Source: the human T2T-CHM13v2.0 reference genome, Homo sapiens. Taken from it: a DNA stretch of 64,000 bases. A model generated the notes under the pieces. The model made no database searches, was not told where the DNA came from, and worked only from the letters and a program-made list of their open reading frames with translations. Positions 14,029 to 26,849 of this stretch are shown here, piece by piece. The position numbers and the translations under genes are program-made. Position 1 is the stretch's first letter. Every line of letters starts with the position of its first letter. The DNA lies in assembly GCF_009914755.1 (NCBI RefSeq), contig NC_060936.1; one strand, 5' to 3'.

Positions 14029-16361
14029 TTGTTTCTTTTCGTTGATGTTATTTGTCCCTTCCTCTCTATTCTCACCCTTCACTCTCCATTCCAAGATGGT
14101 AGTCAGGTACCTTGAACTCCTTTGTTTCAGCAGAGTTTTGTGTTAACTAAAGTTCCTGCCTTTTTTTTCTGAAAGCCTGAGCTTCCAAGACTGATGCTTG
14201 TATGGAAGAAGAAATTGCAAGAGAGATGCCCTGTAGAGGGAGCCAGGCTTCTGGTAGGGGGAATGGAAAGGGAGGGAATGGCTATGTTGCATGCCTGGGA
14301 GACTGCAGGGGAGCCACCTGAACTGTCAGTCACACAGAGAGTTCCTGGCCTGAGAAAGGAACTTAGGAGTCTCTGGGAAGGGGGCAGTCTCATCTTCCTG
14401 TTTCTTTGTTTTATCTCCAGTGCCTTGAACAGAGCATGGAGTGTGGTAGGTGCTTACTAATATTTGTTAGTGATTGAGTGAACCTGTGGAATCACTGGAG
14501 ACTTGAAAGGTGGGCAGCTCAGTAGTAACCAGTGTGTCTTGGACACCTGACTGCTCTTTCTAAATGTTCTGCTCTTTACAAAACTCCTAGGACCTTTGCA
14601 CAGTTCTGGATACATGAGGCAGGAAAGTGGGAGTGTCAGCAATAACTGAAATTAAATTGTCCACGAAGCCGGTGGAATGGGAACTTGCAGATAGATTTAG
14701 TTTGATGCAATGATAACAACATTACAGTGCAATTCCTACTCTTGAGTTCATCTAGTAAGATTCAAACCCTCCATCCATAGTTTAAGGAGTGGAGTGCCTA
14801 CTCAAATCTTATGTACAGTAGCACCTATTAAAACAAAAATAAACAAACAAAAAGAAAAACACTGCTTTTTTAATCACCAAAGTTTTCAAATCCGAACATT
14901 TTAAGAGGTAAGCATTTTAAAATATTTCCTTCTGAAACTTGATTGAGAATCATGTCTTAAAGCTCTGCAGTCCATGAATCAGGTGTATGTGTGTGTGTAT
15001 GTATGTGAGCATTTATTACATTAGCTAGCTACTGTGAAGCATGTCATTCAAAGGTTATACTGTACTTTTTCATTCTCACTTTAAATTATTTTCAATGTCC
15101 AGCCCTTTTTAGAGACCATTCATCCCCCTACCATTTGTTGCCCACCCCTCTTGTTTTGCTCCTAGTTTTTCCTTTCATGATTCCCAGCATATCTGGATAT
15201 ATACTGTAGGGACACTCTTGAATGGCATCCATACCCTGAAACACATGATTGTGTTGTATTCCATCAGGTTCTGATGAAGGAAAGAGGGCACAAGATAGTG
15301 TTTGCAGTGAGATCTGAGGAGTTAAAAGGATTGTGGGATCATTATTATCCTGCAGTCTGTTTGTGCTTGCACGTGTGTCTACATAATCATATAGCTGTGC
15401 CTACATTAGGGGTGGTGTATACTTTTGTGGCTGAGGAGACTGAGTCATTTCTCAGTGACACCGAGTGAGTCACTTTGAATCTAATTCTTTAGCCCTGATT
15501 TCCAATTTTATTTTTAACCTGCATGGTCATGCCATTTCAGAGGAGCAGATGGCAGGGTATGGGGTATGGGGGTGAGCGGGGCCGGGGGGGCTGGCATATA
15601 TTGAGCAGATAATCTTGTCTGGCAATTTTGTGGCTGACCTTTTACCTATGTTATTTTATTTAGTCTTTAACTCTCTTTGCCTTAATTTCCACATCTGTAA
15701 AAGGAAAATAGTAATAGTACATCTATGTAAAGCCTTTAACATAGTGCCTGGTACACAGTCAGGGGTGTATAAGTGTTGACTGCCACCTTTGTCTTTATTC
15801 CTCAATCATTCATTCTGTCTGGGAAATTGTATTTCCATATTTAGAAGATAAATAAATATTTAGAAAATAAAGAAATTAAAGCTTGAATAAGTTAAATATC
15901 CCAATCTAATAGTTAATAAGTGGAAGGGCTGGCATTTGAACTCAGGTCTGTCTGAATCCAGAGCTCATGCTCTTTCCAAAGAAGGTGAAATTGTGGTCAG
16001 TAGACTTGGAGGCTCTTTTATGCAGAGCATGAATGACCTCACTTTATGTTATGGAAAGGTCGCCAAGGCTAATGAATGAGCAAAGATTGAATTAGGCACA
16101 TAGTTCTTCTCTAAATGTCATTCCCAGGGCTGTAAGAAGTGCCATCATCATTATTTGCCTTTTTATAGAAGTAACCAAGGTGTTCACCTTTTTTTTACAA
16201 TGAAGTAGTAGTAAGAGAAGCTCTTCTTAGCAAATACGCTAAATCAGAAACAAGTTAATGATCTCAACCCCATTGTGGTGTGCTGGGGTTATATACAATA
16301 CCATCATCTGTGCTGTTTTATAAACATTGCCATTATTGAGCCAGGTGATGACAATGACATC

Positions 16362-17963
16362 TTTTTTTATTTTAATTTTTAATTTTGGTGGGTACATAGT
16401 AGGTGTATATATTTATGGGGTACATGAAATATTTTGATACAGGCATACAATGTTTAGTAATCACATCAGTGTAAATGGGGTATCCACCACCTCAAACATC
16501 CATTCTTTCTTTGTGTTACAAACAATCCAATTATACTTTTAGTTTTAAATGTACAATAAGTTATTATTGACTCTAGTTACCCTGTTGTGCTATTAAATAC
16601 TAGATCTTATTCATTCTATCTAATTATATTTTTGTACCCATTAACCATCCCCACCTCCCTTCCGCTCTACTACTCTTCCCAGCATATGGTAACCACCATT
16701 CTACTCTCTATCTCCATTAGTTCAATTGTTTTTAGTTTTTAGTTCCCACAAATAAGAACATGCAAAGTTTGTCTTTCTGTGCCTGGCTCATTTCACTTAA
16801 CATAATGACCTCCAGTTCCATCCATATTGTTGCAAATGACAGAATCTCATATTTTTATAGCTGAATAGTACTGCATTGTGTATATGTACCACCATTTTCT
16901 TTATCTGTTCATCTGTTGATGGACACTTAGGTTCCTTCCAAATCTTGGCTATTGTGAATAGTGCTGCAGTAAACATGAGAGTGCAGATAGCTAGTATACT
17001 AATTTCCTTTCTTTGGGGTATATACCCCTAAGCAGAATTGCTGGATCATATGGAAGTTCTATTTTTAATTTTTTCAGGAACCTCCAAACTGTCCTTCATA
17101 GTGGTTGTACTGATTTACATTCCCACCAGCAGTGTATGAGGGTTCCCTCTTCTCCACATCCTTGCCAGCAGTTGTTATTGCCTGTCTTTTAGATAAAAGC
17201 CATTTTAACTGAGGTGAGCCCTGATTTCCAACTTTATTTTACAATGAAATTATATCTCATTATGAAATCTGAACATTTTACAATGAGATTTCTCATTGTA
17301 GTTTTTATTTGCATTTCTCTGATGATCAGTGGTGTTGAGCACCTTTTCATGTGCCTGTTTGCCATTTCTGTGTCTCCTTCTGAGAAATGTCTTATTCAGA
17401 CATCTTGCCCATTTTTATTTGGATTATTAGATGTTTTTCCTCTAGAGTTGTTTGAGCTCCATATATATTTTGGTTATTAATCCCTTCTCAGATGGATAGT
17501 TTGCAAATATTTTCTCCCATTCTGTGGGTTGTCTCTTCACTTTGTTGATTGTTTCCTTTGCTGCGCAGAAGCTTTTTAACTTGATGTGATCCCATTTGTC
17601 CATTTTTGCTTTGGTTGCCTGTGCTTGTGAGGTATTACTCAAGAAATCTTTGCCCAGTCCAATGTTCTGGAGAGTTTCTCTAATGTTTCCTTTTAGAAGT
17701 TTCTTAGTGTGAGGCCTTAGATTTAAGTCTTTAATCCATTTTGGTTTGATTTTTGTATATGGTGAGAGATAGGGGTCTAGTTTCATTCTTCTGTGTATGG
17801 ATATCCAGTTTTCCCAGCATCACTTATTGAAGAGACTGTCCTTTCTCCAATGTATGTTCTTGGCACCATTGTCAAAAATGAATTTACTATAGATGTATGG
17901 ATTTGTTTTTGGGTTCTCTGTTCTGTTCCACTAATCTATGTGTCTGTTTTTATGCCAGTTCCA
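16362..17963 (-). mobile_element. Older L1 (L1MA2/3-like): 3'UTR and ORF2 end
   Basis: GGGTACATAGTAGGTGTATATATTTATGGGGTACATG 3' end; ORF2 peptide [12 protein letters not shown]...[15 protein letters not shown] (17442..17786). Confidence 0.9.
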
Positions 17964-20509
17964 TACAGAAATTAGTTTTAAATGAATATTTTTTTTAAAT
18001 CTCATGACTTTTTGTTTGTTTGCAAAGGCATATTTTAAATCTCAATAACTTTCTGTGGCAGAAGGAAGGTTCCTGCTGTCATATCTGTAATAACTAGAAC
18101 CGCAGGTTCTTTAGGGAGATGTCAACACAACCATTTAATTGTTGCCAGAACACACTAGCAGAAGTTTCTAAACTTTTGTAAAAGCAGTAAAATATATTTT
18201 TCCCCAATATATGATCAACATATAACTTCAATATACAAAACAGAAACTGAGTTGTTTGGTATAGGTAGGGGTAGAAGGTGAGCCTTGCCCGCTCAGTTGT
18301 CTCTTTGTCTGCTCCATGGCCCCTGAAACTCCTCAAAAGGGCTGTAGGGTTCCAGAGAACAGAGATTGAAAACTGCTGGCCTATTAGAAGGGAGTAAAAT
18401 CGGCTAAGGAAGCATTATGTCCTTTCTAATTGCTTTATTTATTTATTTTGAGTTTTTAAACTTAAACCTCCTTTTTTCTTATTGGTAAACCAGGCAGCCT
18501 TTGCCTTAGGGATGCTGTCAAGATACATTTGAAGAATAATGAGCATCTAGAGAGTCTTGGGCTTGCTCGTGTCATATACATGCTAAATAGTGTTTAGTTC
18601 TTAAAATCCCAGCCTAAGGTGTTCAAAGCTGTATTGTGTCTTTGTATTTCCGTGAATTTTTAAGACAATAATGGATCTATTTGTTAAATTTTAGAAAGTT
18701 GTCAGAGCTGTCAGACTACAGATGTAAAGTCTAGCTTTATTCAGATAAATGTTGAAATGGCAACAAGATAATTGCTTGGTGGTTAAATGACTTCCATTCT
18801 TGAAAGCCAAACATGATTTAAGAACAGTAAAATGCTTCCCACAAAAACAAAAGCCAGCTAGAAATGGTATGGATTTGGGGTCTGAATTGAATGAAAATTC
18901 ATCTTTGTCACTTACTAGCTGCATGGCCACACTTAGCATTTCTGAACCTGGCTTCTTTATAATAATACTTGTCTCATAGGTTGTTTTGAGAATGAAATGA
19001 GAAAATAGACCTGAAAATCATTAACACACAGCAGGCTGTCAGTAAACTGTAATTCCTATCTTTGTCTCCTTTCCCACTTCCTTCATGTTTAATCTCTGTG
19101 ATTCTAAGAGAGAAGTAGACATTTTCAAGCCATCTTACTAAGGTAATCAGAATAAGAAAAAACTGAAAATTGATATCATCCTACAATTAGCTTTTATTTA
19201 TCTTAAAATGCATATTGAGTGTCTCCTACTTGGTAGCCCTTAAGCCGAATTGGAGCTACCTTAGCTCTTCACCTTAAAGGGACCTTAGTCTAAAGACATA
19301 GAGATGGACTTATTATAAAACAATCTGGTAAGTGTTAAAATTGAGATATAAACATTTTTTGCATTCTAAAATATTCCCGGAGGTGTTCTTTTTTTTTTTT
19401 TTTAAGTGATACTTTGAGGTCAGTATGTAATCCCTTGAGAATTCTGAGTATCAGATGCAATAACTTGGAACTTAGGACAAAAATAGTATAATGAACTGGC
19501 GCTCTAGAGAATGAATATAGATACTTGGATTATGCTGCAAAGCCCTCTTCTGTCTTCTTCAATGACCTGTAATTTCACCTTCTTTTCTCTGCATCTGAAA
19601 TTTATATATCTGAAACTTCTATACTGTAATATCAAGGTGGGGTTATTTTGCTGCATTTGGAAAATAGAGAAGTAAAGAAAAGAGCAATGAATCAAAGTCT
19701 TTGATTTTTTTGATTGTATTTCTTACTGTCTTCTAGGCTATTTCTAAAATACACTTGCTGGTTTTTTTTTTTCATTGCCTTTATAGCATTGATTCCCAAA
19801 CTTTGTTCTCTTGCCTGGAAGTGTGAGGGCTTCCCACTCATGTCATGTCCAGCACTTAACTCTAAATCTTTGTTCAATGAACAAATGGCAGAAAATAATT
19901 CATTAATTAGTTCGTCCATTTATTTGAGTCCTTGAAATATATTTGTGATCTCTTATCCATAGGGTATTAACAATAGCTAACATCTCAAATGATTTTCACT
20001 GGAGGAATAATTGAAATAATTGCAAATAGTTGATTTGATTAGTAGATTTAGTATTACCAAAGTAAATTCACCTTTTCATCATGTAAAGATCACCATGATC
20101 TGCCTGCCTGCTGGTCCTCTCCTGACTTTTCTGCTCTGCCTCCATCCTGGGATGATGTAAACCAAGCCAGCTGTCATAAATCTCTGAGTTTAATGCTTTA
20201 CTCAGACTCTTTAGCTGATTTTTCGTCTCCCAGGCAATTTAAGGTCCTTGATCCTCGTTGTTCAGTTATAATATGTGAGTCCTTGCTGTTTTGTTCCCAA
20301 GTCATTTTTTAGGCTGAGCTTCTAATCTTTGCAATAGGGAATCATTTGAGTATCCCCCTTGCCTTCCCAAATGCATGGTATACACCTACCCTGACCAATC
20401 TGTGCTGCCTAATTCTGTTCACACAGCCCTTCCTGGGTCTGAATGAAATGCAGATCTATTACTTGAGTTGCATGGTAGTTTTGCATTTTCTCTCCTTCTT
20501 GTCATTCTT

Positions 20510-22829
20510 TTTTTTTTGCATTTTTTTAAAATTATATTTTAAGTTCTAGGGTACATGTGTACAACGTGCAGGTTTGATACATAGGTATACATGTGCCATG
20601 TTGGTTTGTTGCACCCATCAACTCATCATTTACATTAGGTATTTCTCCTAATGATATCCCTCCCCGAGCCCCCCATCCCACAACAGGCCCTGGTGTGTGA
20701 TGTTCCCCGTCCTGTGTCCAGGTGATATCATTGTTCAGTTCCCACCTATGAGTGAGAGCATGCGGTGTTTGGCTTTCTGTCCTTGTGATAGTTTGCCAAG
20801 AATGATGGTTTCCAGCTTCATCCATGTCCCTGCAAAGGACGTGAACTCATCCTTTTTTATGGCTGCATAGTATTCCGTGGTGTATATGTGCCACATTTTC
20901 TTAATCCAGTCTATCATTGATGGACATTTGGGTTGGTTCCAAGTTTTTGCTATTGCAAATAGTGCCACAATAAACATACATGAGCATGTGTCTTTATAGT
21001 AGCATGATTTATAATCCTTTAGGTGTATACCCAGTAATGGGATTGCTGGAATGGTATTTCTAATTCTAGGTCCTTAAGGAATTGCCACACTGTCTTCCAC
21101 AATGGTTGAACTAATTTACACTCCCACCAACAATGTAAAAGCATTCCTATTTCTCCACATCCTCTCCAGCATCTGTTGTTTCCTGCCATTCTAACTGGCG
21201 TGAGATGGTATCTCATTGTGGTTTTGATTTGCATTTCTCTGATGACCAGTGATGATGAGCATTTTTTCATGTGTCTGTTGGCTGCCTAGATGTCTTCTTT
21301 TGAGAAGTGTCTGTTCATATCCTTTGCCCACTTTTTGATGGGGTTGTTTTTTTCTTGTAAATTTGTTTGAATTCTTTCTAGATTCTGGTTATTAGCCCTT
21401 TGTCAGATGGGTAGATTGCAAAATTTTTCTCCCATTCTGTAGATTTCCTGTTCACTCTGATGGTAGTTTCTTTTGCCGTGCAGAACCTCTTTAGTTTAAT
21501 TACATCCCATTTGTCTATTTTGGTTTTTGTTGCCATTGCTTTTGGTGTTTTAATCATGAAGTCCTTGCCCGTGCCTTTGTCCTGAATAGTATTGCCTAGG
21601 TTTTCTTCTAGGGTTTTTATGGTTTTAGGTCTAACATTTCAATCTTTAATCCATCTTGAATTAATTTTTGTATAAGGTGTAAGGAAGGGATCCAGTTTCA
21701 GCTTTCTACATATGACTAGCCAGTTTTCCCAGCACCATTTATTAAATAGGGAATCCTTTCTGCGTTTCTTGTTTTTGTCAGGTTTGTCAAAGATCAGATG
21801 GTTGTAGATGTGTGGTGTTATTTCTGAGGACTCTGTTCCGTTCCATTGGTCTATATTTTGGTTTTGGTACCAGTACCATGCTGTTTTGGTACTTGTAGTA
21901 TAGTTTGAAGTCAGGTAGCATGATGCCTTCAGTTTTGTTTTTTTTTGCTTAGGATTGTCTTGGCAATGTGGGCTCTTTTTTGGTTCCATATGAACTTTAA
22001 AGTAGTTTTTTCCAATTCTGTGAAGAAAGTCATTGGCAGCTTGATGGGGATTGCATTAAATCTATAAATTACCTTGGGCAGTATGGCCATTTTCATGATA
22101 TTGACTCTTCCTATCCATGAGCATGGAATATTCTTCCATTTGTTTGTGTCCTCTTTTACTTCATTGAGCAGTGGTTTGTAGTTCTCCTTGAAGAGGTCCT
22201 TCACATCCCTTGTAAGTTGTATTCCTAGGTATTTTATTCTCTTTGTAGCAATTGTGAATGGGAGTTCAGTCACGATTTGGCTCTCTGTTTGTCTGTTAAT
22301 GGTGTATAGGAATGCTTGTGATTTTTGCACATTGATTTTGTATCCTGAGGCTTTGCTGAAGTTGCTTATCAGCTTAAGGAGATTTTGGGCTGAGACGATG
22401 GGGTTTTCTAAATATACAGTCATGTCATCTGCAAACAGGGACAATGTGACTTCCTCATTTCCTAATTGAATATCCTTTATTTCTTTCTCCTGCCTGATTG
22501 CCCTGGCCAGAACTTCCAATACAATGTTGAATAGGAGTGGTGAGAGAGGGCATCCTTGTCTTGTGCTGGTTTTCAAAGGAAATGCTTCCAGTTTTTGCCC
22601 ATTCAGTATGATATTGGCTGTGGGTTTGTCATAAATAGCTCTTATTATTTTGAGATACATTCCATCAATACCTAATTTATTGAGAGTTTTTAGCATGAAG
22701 GGCTGTTGAATTTTGTTGAAGGCCTTTTCTGCATTTATTGAGATAATCATGTGTTTTTTGTCGTTGATTCTGTTTATGTGATGGATTAAGTTTATTGTTT
22801 TGCATATGTTGAACCAGCCTTGCCTCCCA
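20510..22829 (-). mobile_element. 5'-truncated L1 (L1PA7/8-like), 2.3 kb, with a dead partial reverse-transcriptase domain
   Basis: ORF2 peptide with [11 protein letters not shown] and LFADD; 17-bp TSD TCCTTC(T/C)TGTCATTCTT at 20493-20509 and 22830-22846; TT/AAGA-type site on the minus strand. Confidence 0.96.
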
Positions 22830-23647
22830 TCCTTCCTGTCATTCTTAATGGACTTCTCAGAGTATTTGACTCTCTTTCTCATTTAATGAACCTAACAGCA
22901 ATATTCTACCAGGCAGATAATTATCAAACATTTTTCTATTTAGGAGAAGAAGTCTAAGGAAGGTGATGGGATTCATTCACAAATGACCCTGTTTGGATGA
23001 ACAGCATCTTTGTGATGTTCGTGCCCATGGATAGAAAGGCCTCACTCCCACTCTGACTGGACAGTGAGCTCTGAGAGCAGGGCCATGCCTGGGCTCTCCA
23101 GTACTTCAGCCCCGGTTCCTAGCTCAGCTCAGTGTCTGCCCGTGGTAGGCACTGAATATACTTATTGATTAAAATTTATTTTAAAAATTGGTTAGTGTTG
23201 GAAGTTGAGAGTTGCTTTTTTCTTCTTAGAGAATCAATGTAAGTTTGAATCAAAGATTTTATTTTGTTTCTAAAACTTACCTTGTAGTTATAGCTGATAA
23301 TATCAGAAACAGTGATGAAATATGGATGAAGTGCACATACTTTTTATGCCTGTGGAGTGTTTATATGGTCTACAGTCTTCTTACTGACCACGGGTTCAGC
23401 TGGACATTCTCTCACAGCAGACTTTCTAATCTCTGCTGAAGATACTGAGAGGCTGGCAAGTGATAAGGTTGGCTTAGTATCACCTATTGTCTAACAGATT
23501 GCCATGACTGACTGATTTCCCTGAGCTCAAGTGGCAGTAGCCCCATGACTTCCAGACAGTGATTCTGATGGGAAAGAAAGAGCTCTCTTCCTTTCCCAAG
23601 TTAGCTGCTCCTTCTAGAATCAAATCCCTTGGGCTTTTCATGAAGAG

Positions 23648-23867
23648 TAGGAATTCTCAACTTCAGCACCAATTAATATTCTAGGCTGGATCACTCTGTG
23701 CTAGGGGCTGTCCTGTGCATTGTAGGATGTATAGCGGCATCCCTGGCCTCTACTCACTGAATACCACTTTCACTGTCCCCCTCTCCCCAGTAATGACAAT
23801 AAATATATCTCCAAACAATGTCAAATATGGTCTGGGAGACAAAACTGGTCCCAGTTGAGAACCACGG
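23648..23867. mobile_element. MER20 (hAT-Charlie) element
   Basis: TTCTCAAC...GGGGCTGTCCTGTGCATTGTAGGATG...GCATCCCTGGCCTCTAC...CCCAGTTGAGAACCAC. Confidence 0.85.
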
Positions 23868-25019
23868 ACATAGAGGGCATTGTTGAACTGATTGTGCCAG
23901 TGCCAGAAAGTAATATTGATAGAAGATGACCTGATATTTTCTATCCTTGGGAAAAGCCTAAGGGGATACATACATATATCAAGAGTTTCTCCTTAGTATG
24001 AGCCAGTCACCTAGACATGAACCTCAGTGTCCTTGTTCCCCCTTTATCTCACACCCCGTCCCAAACCATTTCTCATAACAACCATTCCAACTTGTAAATA
24101 TCTCTTCTGCCTTCTCATATTGATAAGACCAAAATACTCACTTTAAGCTCCCAGAGTCTAGCTAGAATCGACAAATCAGCATTTGTTGTGGGTCTGCCAT
24201 GTGTCAGTCACCCTGCTAATATGCACATTGATGTAATCCTCTTCGCCACCCTGAGAGAGAAGTTTGCTATTCCTGTCTCACCAGTGAGGAAACAGAAGCA
24301 CATATTTACACAGCTAAGTGGCAGAGTTCAGAATAGCGAGCAGGTCCTCTGACTTGGTTAAACGATACTTTTATCTTATTGTTCAAATATCATCAACATC
24401 GACTTGAAATTTAATTTAATCACTGTCTGCTTGAAAATTTAATCACATTACTTGAAACCATGGAATCCTGGCTTGTGAATAAGAATCATGTTAGGAAAAC
24501 CATATGCCAAGTCCCAGAACCATAGAATGTTAGAGGAAAAGGGCTCTCAGATATCGTTACATTGTGACCATCTTCAGGTCATCATTCTGTCATTTAACAA
24601 ATATGTGTTGAAGGCTTACCTGTGCCAGAGCCTCTGTACATCAGTCAAGACAGACAAGGTCCTTGCCCTATGGAACTTACATTGTAATAAGGTAAACATC
24701 CAATAAACAAGTCTAATAAATAAATGAACAAATAAGATAATTAAGGATTGTGTTAAGTGCTGGAAATGAAATGAACAATGAGAGGACAACAATTATGGGA
24801 GGGAGATCTTTTTACATCCAGTGGTCAGGGAAGTTGTCTTTGATCTTGACAGCTCCCAAAACACTGGACATATTAGTCTTCCTCAAAAAGTGTTAGTTCC
24901 TCTCCATAAGCACCTAGCACAGTACCTGGCACAATGTAGGTGCTACAACCCTTGGCTGTATGAAAAGACCATGGTTTTTTTTCTTTGTAGCCTTATAGGT
25001 CTAAAATCCTATAATATAT

Positions 25020-25463
25020 TGTTTTAGTTTCCTTTTGGTGCTATAGCAAATGACTACAAGCTTAGTGGCCTCAAACAATATGTTTATTATCTTATACTTC
25101 TGGAGGTCAGAAGTCCCAAAATCAAGACTCTCCTCTCTGGAGGCTCCAGGGGAGAATCTGCTTTTTTGTCTTTTCTGTCTTCTAAAAGCCACCCGCGTTT
25201 CTTGGCTCGTGGCCGCATCCTGTATCCTCAAAGCCAGCAGCATAGCATCTTCCAATCTTTCTCTCTGATTCTGGCCTTCTTGCCTCCCTCTTCTTAAGAC
25301 CCTTGTAATTACATCAGGCCTACCTATATACTCTAAGACAACGTCCCCATTTTAAGATCCTTTGTTTCACACATCTATAAAATCCTTTCGGTGATAAAAA
25401 GGTAAGATATTAACACGTTCTAGGAATCAGATCACCTTTGGGGGGGTCATAATTCACCCTCTC
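25020..25463 (-). mobile_element. MLT1-family MaLR solo LTR
   Basis: TG..TTAGTTTCCT..., TTCTGGAGGTCAGAAGTCC, GGAGGCTCCAGGGGAGAATC, GACCCTTGTAATTACAT. Confidence 0.8.
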
Positions 25464-26712
25464 GTAGTTAGCAATAAATGTTAACTTTATTTCTATGCCC
25501 ATTATATTTTACAGATGAAAAACTTGGAAAGCTAAAAGTGTTGCCTAAAATCACATGCTTGGATATAGCTTTATACCTGGTCATCTCATCTACGTAGATC
25601 ATCTCTATTCTCTCTATATCCAAACTCTGCTCTTTTCATTAGAGAATTCACCACAAGTTACGTGTCTTTGTTTTCTTCAGTTATTGCCACAAGGGCAGGA
25701 AGCCAGGTCACTTTTATTCACCAAGGTGCAATTATCACACAGCTCTATGCCTGACACACAATGTGCACATCTCTAAAATGTTTTTGAATGAAAGAATGAA
25801 TACTGTATTACGTGCTTGGGTAAGAAGAACCCAATCCCTCATGAATTATTTTGTGCAGTGGCTTCTGACAGGTTATAAACCCTCAGCCATTTTTAAAGCA
25901 TCAAAAGAAAAAGTGAACTGCAATGCTGGCCCATAATTGAAGTGGATAAAACAGAAGGGACTCAACCCATATCTTTCCTCTGCTGGTGATGAACTTAAAT
26001 TTCTGGCGTGCTGTAAGGCACTCTGCATTTGAACGTGGTAGCCTGTACCTAGAACCGTGATATACAGCACTTTATATATTGACATGTTATTAACGTCAAC
26101 AGTCTTTTGAGAGAGCTTCTGAATGGCTCACTTCATTATTTCAATTCAGGATAAGAGGAAGAAAAAAGGCCAAAAATCTAAGTGCATGCTTTATTGTTGC
26201 ATTAGGTTTTCTCTGTTCTGTCTTAGAGAAGTAACAAAGGAGGAAAAAAATCACAGTTCTTACTGAATAGTTCAAGTGGCACGTTTATGGGTTCACTTGG
26301 CAAGCTATACGACACTTAAATGAAAAAATTAAATTTAATTTAAAAGTATAGGTCATCTCCAACCCTTTTCCAACCTAGAAGTCTTAAATCAAAGTACCTT
26401 ATGCCAAACAACTATGTGAAGGAAAGCGAAACAAATATAACACCTCCTGCTATCATGAAAGACAAATTATATTTACATTACGGATGTACTTTGCTTTTTA
26501 TTTTCCTTAATCTTGCCTAATGAATACACTGTTTGGTCAAACATGTTTTATGTCTGACATACTTTTCTTTTAGGAAATAATATGCTTGTCACTCAAGGAG
26601 TTAATGAAATGATGAGAAAATATGAACCCAAAGGGAGATGTTTTCTCTCTTAGCATTGCTTTCAAGATCCCAGATTTTTACCCACCTTATAATGTATTTA
26701 CTTTGGTTCTAG

Positions 26713-26849
26713 TGGCCAAGGATGTCAATATTCTTTTTGATGAATTAGAAGCTGTCAGCAGTCCTTGCAAAGATGACGATTCTCTTCTTCACCCTGGAAA
26801 CCTGACTAGTACTTCAGATGATGCCAGCAGATTGGAAGCCGGGGGAGAG
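26713..26849 (+). CDS. ANO4: ANO4 coding exon, 137 nt, phase 1-0 (AKDVNILFDELEAVSSPCKDDDSLLHPGNLTSTSDDASRLEAGGE)
   Basis: Acceptor ctttggttctag|TG GCC AAG; donor GAG|GTAAGA at 26850. ORF track 26622..26879 contains it. Confidence 0.95.

Noticed and set aside
21929-22882. 317-aa minus-strand ORF with reverse-transcriptase motifs (possible domesticated or novel RT)
   Set aside because: It is L1 ORF2 within a TSD-bounded truncated L1, and its ATG is a chance codon in flanking DNA. The N-terminal RT subdomains are missing, the catalytic motif SIDAEKAFD reads SINAEKAFN, and downstream ORF2 is frameshifted.
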